A stretch of DNA of 62,894 nucleotides from Bacteroidota bacterium (GTDB lineage: Bacteria; Bacteroidota; Ignavibacteria; Kapaibacteriales; NICIL-2). The stretch is from the NCBI GenBank assembly GCA_046052705.1, contig JBJOLU010000227.1, forward strand, positions 1 through 62,894. The letters run 5' to 3'. The notes beneath the pieces were generated by a model. That model searched no databases, was not told the DNA's origin, and saw only the letters and a list, made by a program, of their open reading frames with translations. Position numbers and translations under genes: made by a program. Positions 21,001-28,018 of the stretch are shown one piece after another. Each line of letters starts with the position of its first letter. Positions within the stretch are counted from its first letter, which is position 1.

Positions 21001-21342
21001 GATTGTGAGCGCGTTGGCAACATTTCCTGATTGGCCTGTTGTGTTTTGATTAAAAGTCGGCCATGTAAATGTGCCAGTGCTGAAATTGCCAGACGTAGGC
21101 GTTCCGAGTGCAGGCGTGACTAATGCGGGGCTTACTGATAGCACCACTGCGCCACTTCCAGTGCTAGAAGTTACTCCTGTTCCGCCACTCAGCACGGGCA
21201 GCGCGGAAGCCAATGTCAGCGACGCCAATGACGCCGCTGACCCCGACTGATACTTGTCAGTATTTAGATTGGTAAAGTTTGAATCGACCTCGGCGTAGGT
21301 AAGCGCCGATCCCTTACCCGCTCGCGTAACGATTGTCGACAT
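18019..21342 (-). CDS. Tail fibre/spike protein 1 (1107 aa)
   Basis: N-terminus MSTIVTRAGKGSALTYAEVDSNFTNL (typical fibre N-terminus); T/G/S-rich; shares internal and C-terminal modules with ORF 14596..17061. Confidence 0.7.
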   Translation of the reverse strand: MSTIVTRAGKGSALTYAEVDSNFTNLNTDKYQSGSAASLASLTLASALPVLSGGTGVTSSTGSGAVVLSVSPALVTPALGTPTSGNFSTGTFTWPTFNQNTTGQSGNVANALTIGTGLSGASYNGSSPVTISIDGTVATLSGTQTLTNKTISGANNTLSNIGNSSLLNSSVTIGTTSVALGATSTTISGLNSVTLTADPTSALQVATKQYVDAAVSNTNYHAASSYATTADLGSVTYNNGSSGIGATLTNAGTQAALVVDGYTMTAADVTNAVRILVKNQSIASQNGIYVLTNQGSVSTNWVLTRATDFDQVGTGQNEVAPGDITYILKGTINANTQWVQTTDFPITIGTTSLVFVQVASPSSYTAGTGLTLTGTQFSLTSPVTAALGGTGQTSYTVGDLLYANTATSLAKLADVATGNSLISGGVGVAPSWGKIGLTTHVSGTLPVANGGTGLTAGTSGGVLYYSDTGTLASSAVLTANALMVGGGAGAAPSTITTGTGVITALGVNTGTAGAFVVNGGALGTPSSGTLTSCTGLPISTGVSGLGTGIDTFLATPSSANLAAAVTDETGSGSLVFANTPSLTTPNIGAATGTSLAATGGTVLVRAAATQDGVQLQGRSGGTSSYSVTLTPTTLTASRTITLADGNTTLQAGTMATTGGTLAQFSPTTSSQLAGVISDETGSGALVFGTSPTIATPTITTSATVPLIIGGTGTTSALRLRSTSGVGAAGADIIFQTGNNGATEAMRILNNGNIGIGTTNPVAVLESANSSGGFNFGSTVSISTADGPAYFGRKSRGSLTVPTAVLANDTLTYFTAGGYTGTAWTASRGYMSILASQNWTGTANGTDIAFFTTPTNTTSVSEKLRIKADGNVGIGTSSPSSKLDVVGSICSNTTTYPNFNYNADYRITFGENFAPPNETGSVVQFGSGVNTKNMIFAFSKTNVNTSFFGNDGSKMVIGSEGSLPITFRTGLDYYNTDILNSGTQRVVLDSNGNFLITSSGGLGYGTGSGGAVTQITSRTTGVTLNKTNGAITLVSAAGTTAWTSFTVTNNTVATTDTVIIGQKSGANLYEIHITAVSAGSFRVSFRTTGGTTTEQPVFNFSVIKAVTS

Positions 21343-21767
21343 TAACCCACCTGAATAATTGCCGACCCAGCCGTAGCTGCCGGGAAGTTAATTGTGAAAT
21401 CGCCCGATGTCGAAGTCTTATCCGACCCGAAGTCCAGCACAGCGATAGCCTTATTGGATTTGCTGCTGTTATAAATCAACGCGCCCCTCGCGGTAATCGT
21501 CGAACTAGACCATGTTGTGTCGTTGAAATCCACCACAGCCGTCGTGCCATCGAGCGTTACAGCCGCACCTGTCAGCGTGTTTCCACCTGCCGTGTAGTTA
21601 GTACCGGAGGAAGACACCTCATTAGACGTGGTGTACGCAGTGGTTGCTGCGCTCAGTGTCGCGCTGCTGGTGTACAACGCGATTTTGATTACATCAGTAT
21701 CCAGATCATGTTCGCCAAGCAAGATTTGCTGCTTGAACGAAGAACACATCGCCTGTGTGATAGCCAT
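21342..21767 (-). CDS. Small conserved tail/fibre-associated structural protein
   Basis: 141-aa ORF, stop/start overlap with fibre gene; beta-rich; family recognised only as a recurrent phage protein. Confidence 0.45.
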   Translation of the reverse strand: MAITQAMCSSFKQQILLGEHDLDTDVIKIALYTSSATLSAATTAYTTSNEVSSSGTNYTAGGNTLTGAAVTLDGTTAVVDFNDTTWSSSTITARGALIYNSSKSNKAIAVLDFGSDKTSTSGDFTINFPAATAGSAIIQVG

Positions 21768-21775
21768 ATTCCACC

Positions 21776-22426
21776 TTAATTAACTTGTACTCGGACTTGT
21801 CCATCTCTGTAGGCGTCTTGACGCTGCTTGCCATCACCCAGGTTCTTGAGCAACGCGATCGATTGCAGATACATATCCTGATATAGCTTGACCATATCAG
21901 GCTCGCCTTTCATATATCTGATGGCTTCTACCATTACACCGTTCAGCAACACTGAATCAAAATTGTCCCCGAGCCATGTTGTATTAGCTGTAACAATCGA
22001 CTCTGGGTAATAATAATAATGCAACTCTGTCGTATACGATGCGTTCGGTGTCGGCCCGACGATAAATGTCAGTTCATTGACACTACTGGAGTCTGGCCCA
22101 AACAAGGCATAGTGTCTAGGCAATCCCGTACTCGTTGGCGACGGGTATGCTTCTCGGATGAAGTTTACATCCTTGTTCAACAAATAACTGAAATTACCCG
22201 AGCCATCAATGACTGCAATCGAGTACACCGACAAAAAATCATTGGGCGCGGCTAAGTATTTGTTATTTGCTGTGAAGTTACCTTGTACGTTCTTCCTTAA
22301 ATTTGCAAGCTGAACTGTATTGTAAATACGTTGCTCGGCCTGACGGATCATTGTATTCATGTCCGTCGTATTAAACGTATTCTCGCAATAATCACTAACC
22401 GCAGTCACCAACTCAGAATAATTCAT
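21776..22426 (-). CDS. Putative head-tail adaptor/connector protein
   Basis: 216-aa ORF just upstream of fibre genes; helical N-terminus plus beta C-terminus pattern; assignment by position and general resemblance. Confidence 0.4.
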   Translation of the reverse strand: MNYSELVTAVSDYCENTFNTTDMNTMIRQAEQRIYNTVQLANLRKNVQGNFTANNKYLAAPNDFLSVYSIAVIDGSGNFSYLLNKDVNFIREAYPSPTSTGLPRHYALFGPDSSSVNELTFIVGPTPNASYTTELHYYYYPESIVTANTTWLGDNFDSVLLNGVMVEAIRYMKGEPDMVKLYQDMYLQSIALLKNLGDGKQRQDAYRDGQVRVQVN

Positions 22427-22430
22427 GGAA

Positions 22431-22688
22431 TCACCCCATCGGGCCGCGAGCCATTACACCTTTGGTAGCTGCACCTGTGCCACGAATCTTGATACCAGTC
22501 GTTTTGACTTCATCATTCAGGGTCAATGACACGCCGTCCATCGGTGTCCAGTTTTTCTTTTGGTTGAAAGGCATCTTGCGACCTGCCTCAACATTCGACA
22601 ATTTCTTACCTTGCATGGTATGTGGCTCCGCATATACGTTGGCTTGACCAACTTCTTTGCCCATTAGCTTATGGCTGTACTTAGGCAT
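22431..22688 (-). CDS. Small basic hypothetical protein (85 aa, start trimmed to MPKYSH...)
   Basis: Track ORF 22431..22757; ATG 22688 overlaps upstream stop by 8 nt. Confidence 0.45.
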   Translation of the reverse strand: MPKYSHKLMGKEVGQANVYAEPHTMQGKKLSNVEAGRKMPFNQKKNWTPMDGVSLTLNDEVKTTGIKIRGTGAATKGVMARGPMG

Positions 22689-22875
22689 TTGTCTTCTGAC
22701 CCTTGTAGGTGAAAGATGACTTTTTCTGGTTGGCAACTTTTGCCAAGCCACGGCCAAGCTGCTTGCGCTGAAGGCTCGTCACGCCGCCTTTGGCATAGCC
22801 CTTGGCGTGCATGGACTTCTCGTGCGCCTTCACAGCTTTCTTCGCTTCCGTCTTTGCAACTTCTTTCATGCCCAT
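22681..22875 (-). CDS. Lys-rich mini-protein with A-K-G-G motif
   Basis: 64 aa, ~25% Lys, HAKGYAKGGVTS. Confidence 0.5.
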   Translation of the reverse strand: MGMKEVAKTEAKKAVKAHEKSMHAKGYAKGGVTSLQRKQLGRGLAKVANQKKSSFTYKGQKTNA

Positions 22876-22884
22876 GATTTTCTC

Positions 22885-23271
22885 CTAAACCGTTACTGTT
22901 ACCTGCCCCACTCGGCCCCTAGCCACCAGATCATTCGGCGTGAGGCCAAATGCATTCAAGCTTGCACCACCAACCGGTGCCCATCCCCACTGGATAACAC
23001 GACTTCCTTCGCCAATTGATCCATCTGTTGTGATCCCGGACTGGATATAAGACAAATCTCGCCGTGGGTTACGCAACGCTTGTGGGTCTTCAACCGGATA
23101 CATCCCTAACTGAAGCTGAGGATGGTCTGGCGACCAGCACTCGGGACATGCCAACACGTTAATCTGCTTCGTCTTTACAACTTGCGTCTTCAATTGTTTC
23201 AGCTTGTACCGCTGTCCGCAGATGTCGCATTCCGCGATAGCAAACTTGCCGGATGCAAATCTGTTTGCCAT
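22885..23271 (-). CDS. Zn-ribbon (CxxC...CxxC) virion-module protein
   Basis: 128 aa; CDICGQ ... CPECW. Confidence 0.5.
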   Translation of the reverse strand: MANRFASGKFAIAECDICGQRYKLKQLKTQVVKTKQINVLACPECWSPDHPQLQLGMYPVEDPQALRNPRRDLSYIQSGITTDGSIGEGSRVIQWGWAPVGGASLNAFGLTPNDLVARGRVGQVTVTV

Positions 23272-23985
23272 TTAGAACACGCCACCAATGAACGACTGTC
23301 TCGGAACGAATCGGACCGGCGCCTTCTCTCTGTCCTCGCCCGCTGCCAGTTCGAACTGCTTCTCATATTCTGCTTGAAGCATGGGAACACGTTGCATCAA
23401 CTCTGGTGTTTTCAAGGCGATGTAGTACGCCAACCCCGCGATCAACACTGGCAGAAAACGGAAATTGACGTCCTGCGTCTCGATACCGCTACCTGCATCC
23501 TGGATTCGTCTCATACGCCAATAAACAAGCGTGTAGTACGGACTTGCCAGTGTGCCTTGGTCTGGAACAGGCCACACAGTAAATTGTGGGGCGTCTCTTA
23601 AACGCTGTATCCAAATCTGGATCGGTCGGGCTTGTACCAGTTTGTTCGGGATGCTGGAATAAGTCGATACACTAATCCGCGAGATTGTGATGTCTGCCTG
23701 TGAATTGGTAACACCTGGGCTGGTACGAATTACCTGATCGAGAAGATCAATCGTATCGGCTGGCAACGTATATGTTGCCACTCCTTGTTCCAAGGCTTTG
23801 GTGCCCTGCTCGATTGTCCACATGTTGATGCCACGATTAGCCAACTCAATCGTCATCATGTTCATGCAGAAACGGGCAAGTCTAAGGTCAAACCCCGAAC
23901 GCATCTCCCGGCCAGCCTGCGCCCACGCCATTTCCGCAATCTCTGTAAATTCTGGATTGAACGCAGTTGTACCGGATGTGGTCAT
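23272..23985 (-). CDS. Putative head-tail adaptor / head completion protein
   Basis: 237-aa ORF; N-terminal pattern EIAEMAWAQAG-x-E-x6-LRLARFCMNMMTIELANRGINMWT resembles podovirus adaptor proteins as I recall them. Confidence 0.4.
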   Translation of the reverse strand: MTTSGTTAFNPEFTEIAEMAWAQAGREMRSGFDLRLARFCMNMMTIELANRGINMWTIEQGTKALEQGVATYTLPADTIDLLDQVIRTSPGVTNSQADITISRISVSTYSSIPNKLVQARPIQIWIQRLRDAPQFTVWPVPDQGTLASPYYTLVYWRMRRIQDAGSGIETQDVNFRFLPVLIAGLAYYIALKTPELMQRVPMLQAEYEKQFELAAGEDREKAPVRFVPRQSFIGGVF

Positions 23986-24162
23986 TTACTTACCCATTTT
24001 CTTGAGAGTTTGGGCCAAACGTGCGCGTTTCCCTGTGACACCAGGCTTCTTCGCCGCTGCCGCCAGTTTTCCGGCAGGAATAGTCTCACCCTTTTTGACA
24101 CCCAAGGTCTTCCGCAGCGAGCCTTCCTTACCAATCGCCTTTTGAATCCATTTCTCAGCCAT
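23986..24162 (-). CDS. Small basic protein (58 aa), not in ORF track
   Basis: MAEKWIQKAIGKEGSLRKTLGVKKGETIPAGKLAAAAKKPGVTGKRARLAQTLKKMGK; fills the gap exactly; stop abuts next start. Confidence 0.5.
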   Translation of the reverse strand: MAEKWIQKAIGKEGSLRKTLGVKKGETIPAGKLAAAAKKPGVTGKRARLAQTLKKMGK

Positions 24163-24164
24163 AA

Positions 24165-24422
24165 CTATCTCTTTGCTGTAAGTGCTGACCGCTTGAATGC
24201 TGCCGCCGTGGGAGCGCCTTTTGTACCTGGCTTACGCATCTTCTCGCCTGAGCCCGCCGCGATACGCTCACGTTTCTTGTGAATGTTCTCGTACAGGCCA
24301 ACCTTGCCACCCTTCTGATACATCGTTACATCCTGCGGGTGATCCTTGCGCACAATCTTCTTCGCCTTCGGCATTTTGCTGGGGTTGATCGCCCCCATCC
24401 CACGGCTTGCCATCATCATCAC
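24165..24422 (-). CDS. Lys/Arg-rich mini-protein with Q-K-G-G-K-V motif
   Basis: 85 aa; YQKGGKVGLYENIHKKRERIAAGSGEKMRKPG, a motif I recall from aquatic podovirus small proteins. Confidence 0.55.
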   Translation of the reverse strand: MMMMASRGMGAINPSKMPKAKKIVRKDHPQDVTMYQKGGKVGLYENIHKKRERIAAGSGEKMRKPGTKGAPTAAAFKRSALTAKR

Positions 24423-24428
24423 ACCCCA

Positions 24429-24719
24429 TCAAATGATCTTGCCTTTGGTCTTGCCCCGCTGAGCAATACCATCCGCACGTTTGGAGGCAGAACCTACTTT
24501 ACCGCCTTTGGCAAATGGCCTGCTCTGACGCGGGGTAGATGATCGGACTGGTGCTGTTGGACCTTCATCAGGAGACGGTGGCGTACCCATATCGGCTGTA
24601 TAAACATCCGGCATAGGACGACGTACCATCGGTTTCTTGGCCGGCTTTTTCTTCACCGGTGCGCCTTCGTCCGGAGACGGGGGGTTGCCCATATCAGCAG
24701 TGTAGATGTCGCGTGGCAT
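24429..24719 (-). CDS. Basic mini-protein with internal duplication and A-K-G-G-K-V / ADGIAQRGKTKGK tail
   Basis: 96 aa; DIYTADMGNPPSPDEG and DVYTADMGTPPSPDEG duplicated. Confidence 0.55.
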   Translation of the reverse strand: MPRDIYTADMGNPPSPDEGAPVKKKPAKKPMVRRPMPDVYTADMGTPPSPDEGPTAPVRSSTPRQSRPFAKGGKVGSASKRADGIAQRGKTKGKII

Positions 24720-24720
24720 A

Positions 24721-25098
24721 TCAGCACTTCCCGCCTTTTTTCATGACAATCTGTTTGGCCTTGGTCTTGCCCTTTTTGGCAACGCCGTCAGCCGACTTGG
24801 TAAAGCCGCCAGCCGCGTAACACTTGCCGCCCGACTTCATGCCTTTGGCTTCCTTCTCTTCGTGCTTGACCATGGCTTTGGGAGCGCCCTTAGCTTTCAT
24901 AAAGGCCACTTCCTTCTTCATCATCGCTTTGGATTCTTTCATGTCACCGCCCTCTTTGAATTTGCGGCCTTTATCGGCCTTTACGAACTCTTTTCCCACC
25001 GACTGCGGAATGCCAACACGTTTAGCTGCCGCCGGATCGTTTGCTACCATTGCCATCAGATTATGCTGTTTAATCGATTTAGACGGCATCGTCTTCAC
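24721..25098 (-). CDS. Lys-rich mini-protein, DUF3008-like N-terminus, ADGVAKKGKTKAK tail
   Basis: 125 aa; PSKSIKQHNLMAMVA resembles the KSKAQQ-type DUF3008 motif (from memory); KEGG, AAGG, KKGGKC motifs. Confidence 0.5.
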   Translation of the reverse strand: MKTMPSKSIKQHNLMAMVANDPAAAKRVGIPQSVGKEFVKADKGRKFKEGGDMKESKAMMKKEVAFMKAKGAPKAMVKHEEKEAKGMKSGGKCYAAGGFTKSADGVAKKGKTKAKQIVMKKGGKC

Positions 25099-25273
25099 TG
25101 TCCTTTCGACCTAGCATGTTCTGCACCGTATCCGTTTCCCAGATACGGATGGCAGTCCAGACTATCGTAAATACTGCGGCAATTGAAGGCAGCATATCGA
25201 CCAGGGTTCCGACCACAGTCACAATTGATAAAGCATCAACTACATGCTTTATCGTTTCGCTTGTATCACTCAT
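25079..25273 (-). CDS. Small membrane protein (1-2 TM)
   Basis: 64 aa; ALSIVTVVGTLVDMLPSIAAVFTIVWTAIRIW. Confidence 0.5.
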   Translation of the reverse strand: MSDTSETIKHVVDALSIVTVVGTLVDMLPSIAAVFTIVWTAIRIWETDTVQNMLGRKDSEDDAV

Positions 25274-25542
25274 TTACAGCCCCACCGTTTAAGACTAGCA
25301 GCCTTGCGTGTCGGGCGCCCTTTCTCATCCTTCATCGGTCCGGGCATGCCGCTCATTCGCGCGCAAAAAGATTTCTTGCGACCAGCGTCTGCTTTGGTTT
25401 TGGGATTGGGCGCCGGGGCCTTGAGGTTTGACCCCGTGGCTGCGTTATAACGAGCACGTCCCTTGGCAGTTAAGCCAGCTCCCTGAGAAACCGGAAGTTT
25501 CTCACCTCGACCTACCGCCAAAGAGACGTTCTTCTTAGCCAT
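25270..25542 (-). CDS. Basic mini-protein (90 aa; start trimmed to MAKKNVS...)
   Basis: C-terminal KSFCARMSG-x11-GRPTRKAASLKRWGC motif recalled from phage/giant-virus small proteins; ATG 25542 overlaps upstream stop by 8 nt. Confidence 0.45.
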   Translation of the reverse strand: MAKKNVSLAVGRGEKLPVSQGAGLTAKGRARYNAATGSNLKAPAPNPKTKADAGRKKSFCARMSGMPGPMKDEKGRPTRKAASLKRWGCK

Positions 25543-25813
25543 AAAACACCGTGACTTTAGCGTTTGACAGCGTGGCATAAGCACTCGCCTCGAACAACAC
25601 GCCCTCGGCAGGGATGACCACGTTAAATGGCGCTCCCTCCGCTCTCGTGTTAATCGTCAGCACGGTTGTGCCGCCAGAGCCTCCATCTTTGAGCACCACA
25701 CTGCCGGCCGTCGCGCCGGGCTCGATTACCATGCCGCGCACGCGAGTGCGAGTATCGGTGATCGCCCCGGACGCATCCAGCGACTTCGCCTTTACATCAG
25801 TTTGCATCGCCAT
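25535..25813 (-). CDS. Small beta-rich head-module protein
   Basis: 92-aa ORF in structural block. Confidence 0.45.
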   Translation of the reverse strand: MAMQTDVKAKSLDASGAITDTRTRVRGMVIEPGATAGSVVLKDGGSGGTTVLTINTRAEGAPFNVVIPAEGVLFEASAYATLSNAKVTVFYG

Positions 25814-25826
25814 GATGCGCTCCTAA

Positions 25827-26360
25827 TTAGGCGTCAGCGAACGGCGTAGCGATCGTGCCAGAGCCAAGCAACACGCCTTGCACGAGGTATTCGAGCGAAG
25901 ACAGCGCGGTGATGGTGATGATCGAGCCAACAGCGCCGCCCGTGGTGCTGCCGTCGAGGTTGATGACGTCGTTAGACGCAGCAGGCGCGAAGCCAGTCAT
26001 TGCACCAGAAGAATCGGTATCAACCACCAGCAGGGAGCCGATGAACTTGTCGGTGCCGTTCGTCTTGATAGCAACAGCAGTCGCCGCTGTATCAATCACG
26101 ATGGTGTACGTGGTGCCGATGTTGTTCAGCGTGTTGGGGTCCGAGCCGGGGCCGGCACTAGCCGAATCAGCCGTGGCAATGATCGCGGGCAGCGTCAGAA
26201 TCAGCGTTGCGTCGTTGGTGCGAATCACCTTGCCGGCGTGAGCCGCAACGGTCAGAGAAAGAGTATTGGTGTTGTTAGCGACGTTAACAACAGAGCCGGG
26301 GCCTTGGGCATAGAAGCCGTTCAAGGAGCGTACCGGGCCTTGGAAAGTGGTAAGAGCCAT
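25827..26360 (-). CDS. Structural protein (177 aa; start trimmed to MALTTFQGPVRS)
   Basis: GAGGGA SD 4-5 nt before ATG 26360; beta-rich, T/A/S-rich. Confidence 0.5.
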   Translation of the reverse strand: MALTTFQGPVRSLNGFYAQGPGSVVNVANNTNTLSLTVAAHAGKVIRTNDATLILTLPAIIATADSASAGPGSDPNTLNNIGTTYTIVIDTAATAVAIKTNGTDKFIGSLLVVDTDSSGAMTGFAPAASNDVINLDGSTTGGAVGSIITITALSSLEYLVQGVLLGSGTIATPFADA

Positions 26361-26469
26361 ATTGTCCCTCATGCGGTTAGGTATATGCGTCTGCATGAAG
26401 TCAGCCGGGTCTGTCGCATATACCGGGAACTCCCGGATGGCCCATTTTTATCCCGCACTACAATTCATG

Positions 26470-27216
26470 TCAAGGAAATTCAGTACCTTTTTCCATCTGT
26501 GAGATTGTGCTCTTAATCATCGGTTGCAATACTTGTTTTCCAAAATGCCCTGTGAATTCAGTAGAGCCATAGTGTCCCAAGTTAATGTCTGGATCAATGT
26601 AAATCTTAAACCCCATCTCTCTGGCTCGGTCGCAGAACAAATAGTCCTCTCCCATATACCCCTGCTCCGTAACTGCAAAATCAAAGATGGCGTAGTGATG
26701 CTTGTGCTCTACATCTACCCAGTATTTCCATTCTGGATGCTTATCGCGCAACGTCTCTAATACGTGACGACGGATATACATAAAGCCTGTACCAATACGA
26801 TTGAGTCGCATTAGACCTTCCTCTGTGATTTCTATTCCGCCGTGTTCGTTGTAGTAAATGTCTGCAAAAAACATTTGATCCTTCGCACGTCTCGGATATG
26901 CCCCGGCCAGCACATCTTTGTCCCCACCCAGAGCCATAATCCGCAATACATCACGTTCAGTAAAGTTGATGTCTGCATCTACAAACAACATCTCGGTGCA
27001 GTCGGACTCCAGAAACTGATTGACCAAAGAATTCCTGGCCCTGGTGATGATTGAACACCCAGACAAGTGAGCAAGATGAATCTCGAAGCCATGTTTGACC
27101 GCAGCTAAAGCCAACTTCGGTAGCGCAAACGCAGCCGCGATGTTGATCTTGCCGTCATAGGCCGGAATTGCAATCATCAGCTTACGGCCAGCCAAGGTAA
27201 TTTTCTTCTCTGTCAT
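26470..27216 (-). CDS. GT-A fold (family-2-like) glycosyltransferase
   Basis: MIAIPAYDGKI ... MLFVDADINF (DxD) architecture; 248 aa. Confidence 0.7.
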   Translation of the reverse strand: MTEKKITLAGRKLMIAIPAYDGKINIAAAFALPKLALAAVKHGFEIHLAHLSGCSIITRARNSLVNQFLESDCTEMLFVDADINFTERDVLRIMALGGDKDVLAGAYPRRAKDQMFFADIYYNEHGGIEITEEGLMRLNRIGTGFMYIRRHVLETLRDKHPEWKYWVDVEHKHHYAIFDFAVTEQGYMGEDYLFCDRAREMGFKIYIDPDINLGHYGSTEFTGHFGKQVLQPMIKSTISQMEKGTEFP

Positions 27217-27251
27217 GCTTCGTCCTCGTTGTTGATGGAGAGTTGTTATTA

Positions 27252-27890
27252 TCAGGTAGATTCGGTGGGGTCAACAGCGTTTAGAAATGCCAAAGCCACG
27301 GAGTCATCTGGAATTGCGTTTGACTTACGCAAATTCTCCTCTCGCGTAATGACCCGTAAATTCCACGGCACATGTAACCCACATACGGTTTCTGATCGTA
27401 GGGGATAGATATGATCTACGACGTACAACTCTCCCGTGGTTTTAGACATAGTGATAGCAATCTGATACAACTCGCGCATCTCTGATTTCTGTTTGCGAGT
27501 TATCCATGGCGGGGTGGATTGTCTATGTTTACGGCGACGGGCTTTGGTATCTGCCCTAACCCACACAAGATTGCGCTCTTTCCATGCTGTCTGATACTGC
27601 CGTTTTTGCTCTCGCGTTTGCGTCTTTGCTCGTGCGATAACCTCCTCCCGGTGAGCTAAGTACCATTCGTGCTTTTTCTGTTTGACCGCCTCATCGCGGT
27701 TGCGTTCCGCGAAGTAGTCGGCTCGTTTCTCATTGTTTGTCATCCATTCCAAACGCAGGCATTCAACACAACTACCTTTTGTCTTGCGCGGCGCCACATG
27801 CCCGTGCTTGCAAGGTTGTCCCGTGAAATAGTGCGTTGCCCCGATCGCCTTCGCTTCAGCTCGTGTTTTTGGCAAAGTTTTTACGTCCAT
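27252..27890 (-). CDS. HNH homing endonuclease
   Basis: VVDHIYPLRSETVCGLHVPWNLRVITREENLRKSN (H-N-N/H core); GGAGGA SD. Confidence 0.8.
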   Translation of the reverse strand: MDVKTLPKTRAEAKAIGATHYFTGQPCKHGHVAPRKTKGSCVECLRLEWMTNNEKRADYFAERNRDEAVKQKKHEWYLAHREEVIARAKTQTREQKRQYQTAWKERNLVWVRADTKARRRKHRQSTPPWITRKQKSEMRELYQIAITMSKTTGELYVVDHIYPLRSETVCGLHVPWNLRVITREENLRKSNAIPDDSVALAFLNAVDPTEST

Positions 27891-27927
27891 GAGTCCTCCG
27901 AGATTTAGTTACTGGTAACGTCAATAC

Positions 27928-27956
27928 ACTGTAACAAAGTCTTTGCAAGAAATCAA
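27928..27956 (-). promoter_or_regulatory. Possible sigma70-like promoter for the HNH gene (TTGATT-17-TACAGT)
   Basis: Read on minus strand between MCP terminator and HNH start. Confidence 0.3.
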
Positions 27957-27963
27957 TAGGCGT

Positions 27964-27991
27964 AAAAAACCCCGCCTTTTTAGGGGCGGGG
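27964..27991 (-). terminator. Rho-independent terminator after the major capsid gene
   Basis: Minus strand CCCCGCC-CCTAAAAA-GGCGGGG followed by TTTTTT, about 28 nt past the MCP stop. Confidence 0.8.
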
Positions 27992-28018
27992 TTCCAAGCT
28001 AACTGCTTGATTTTACTA

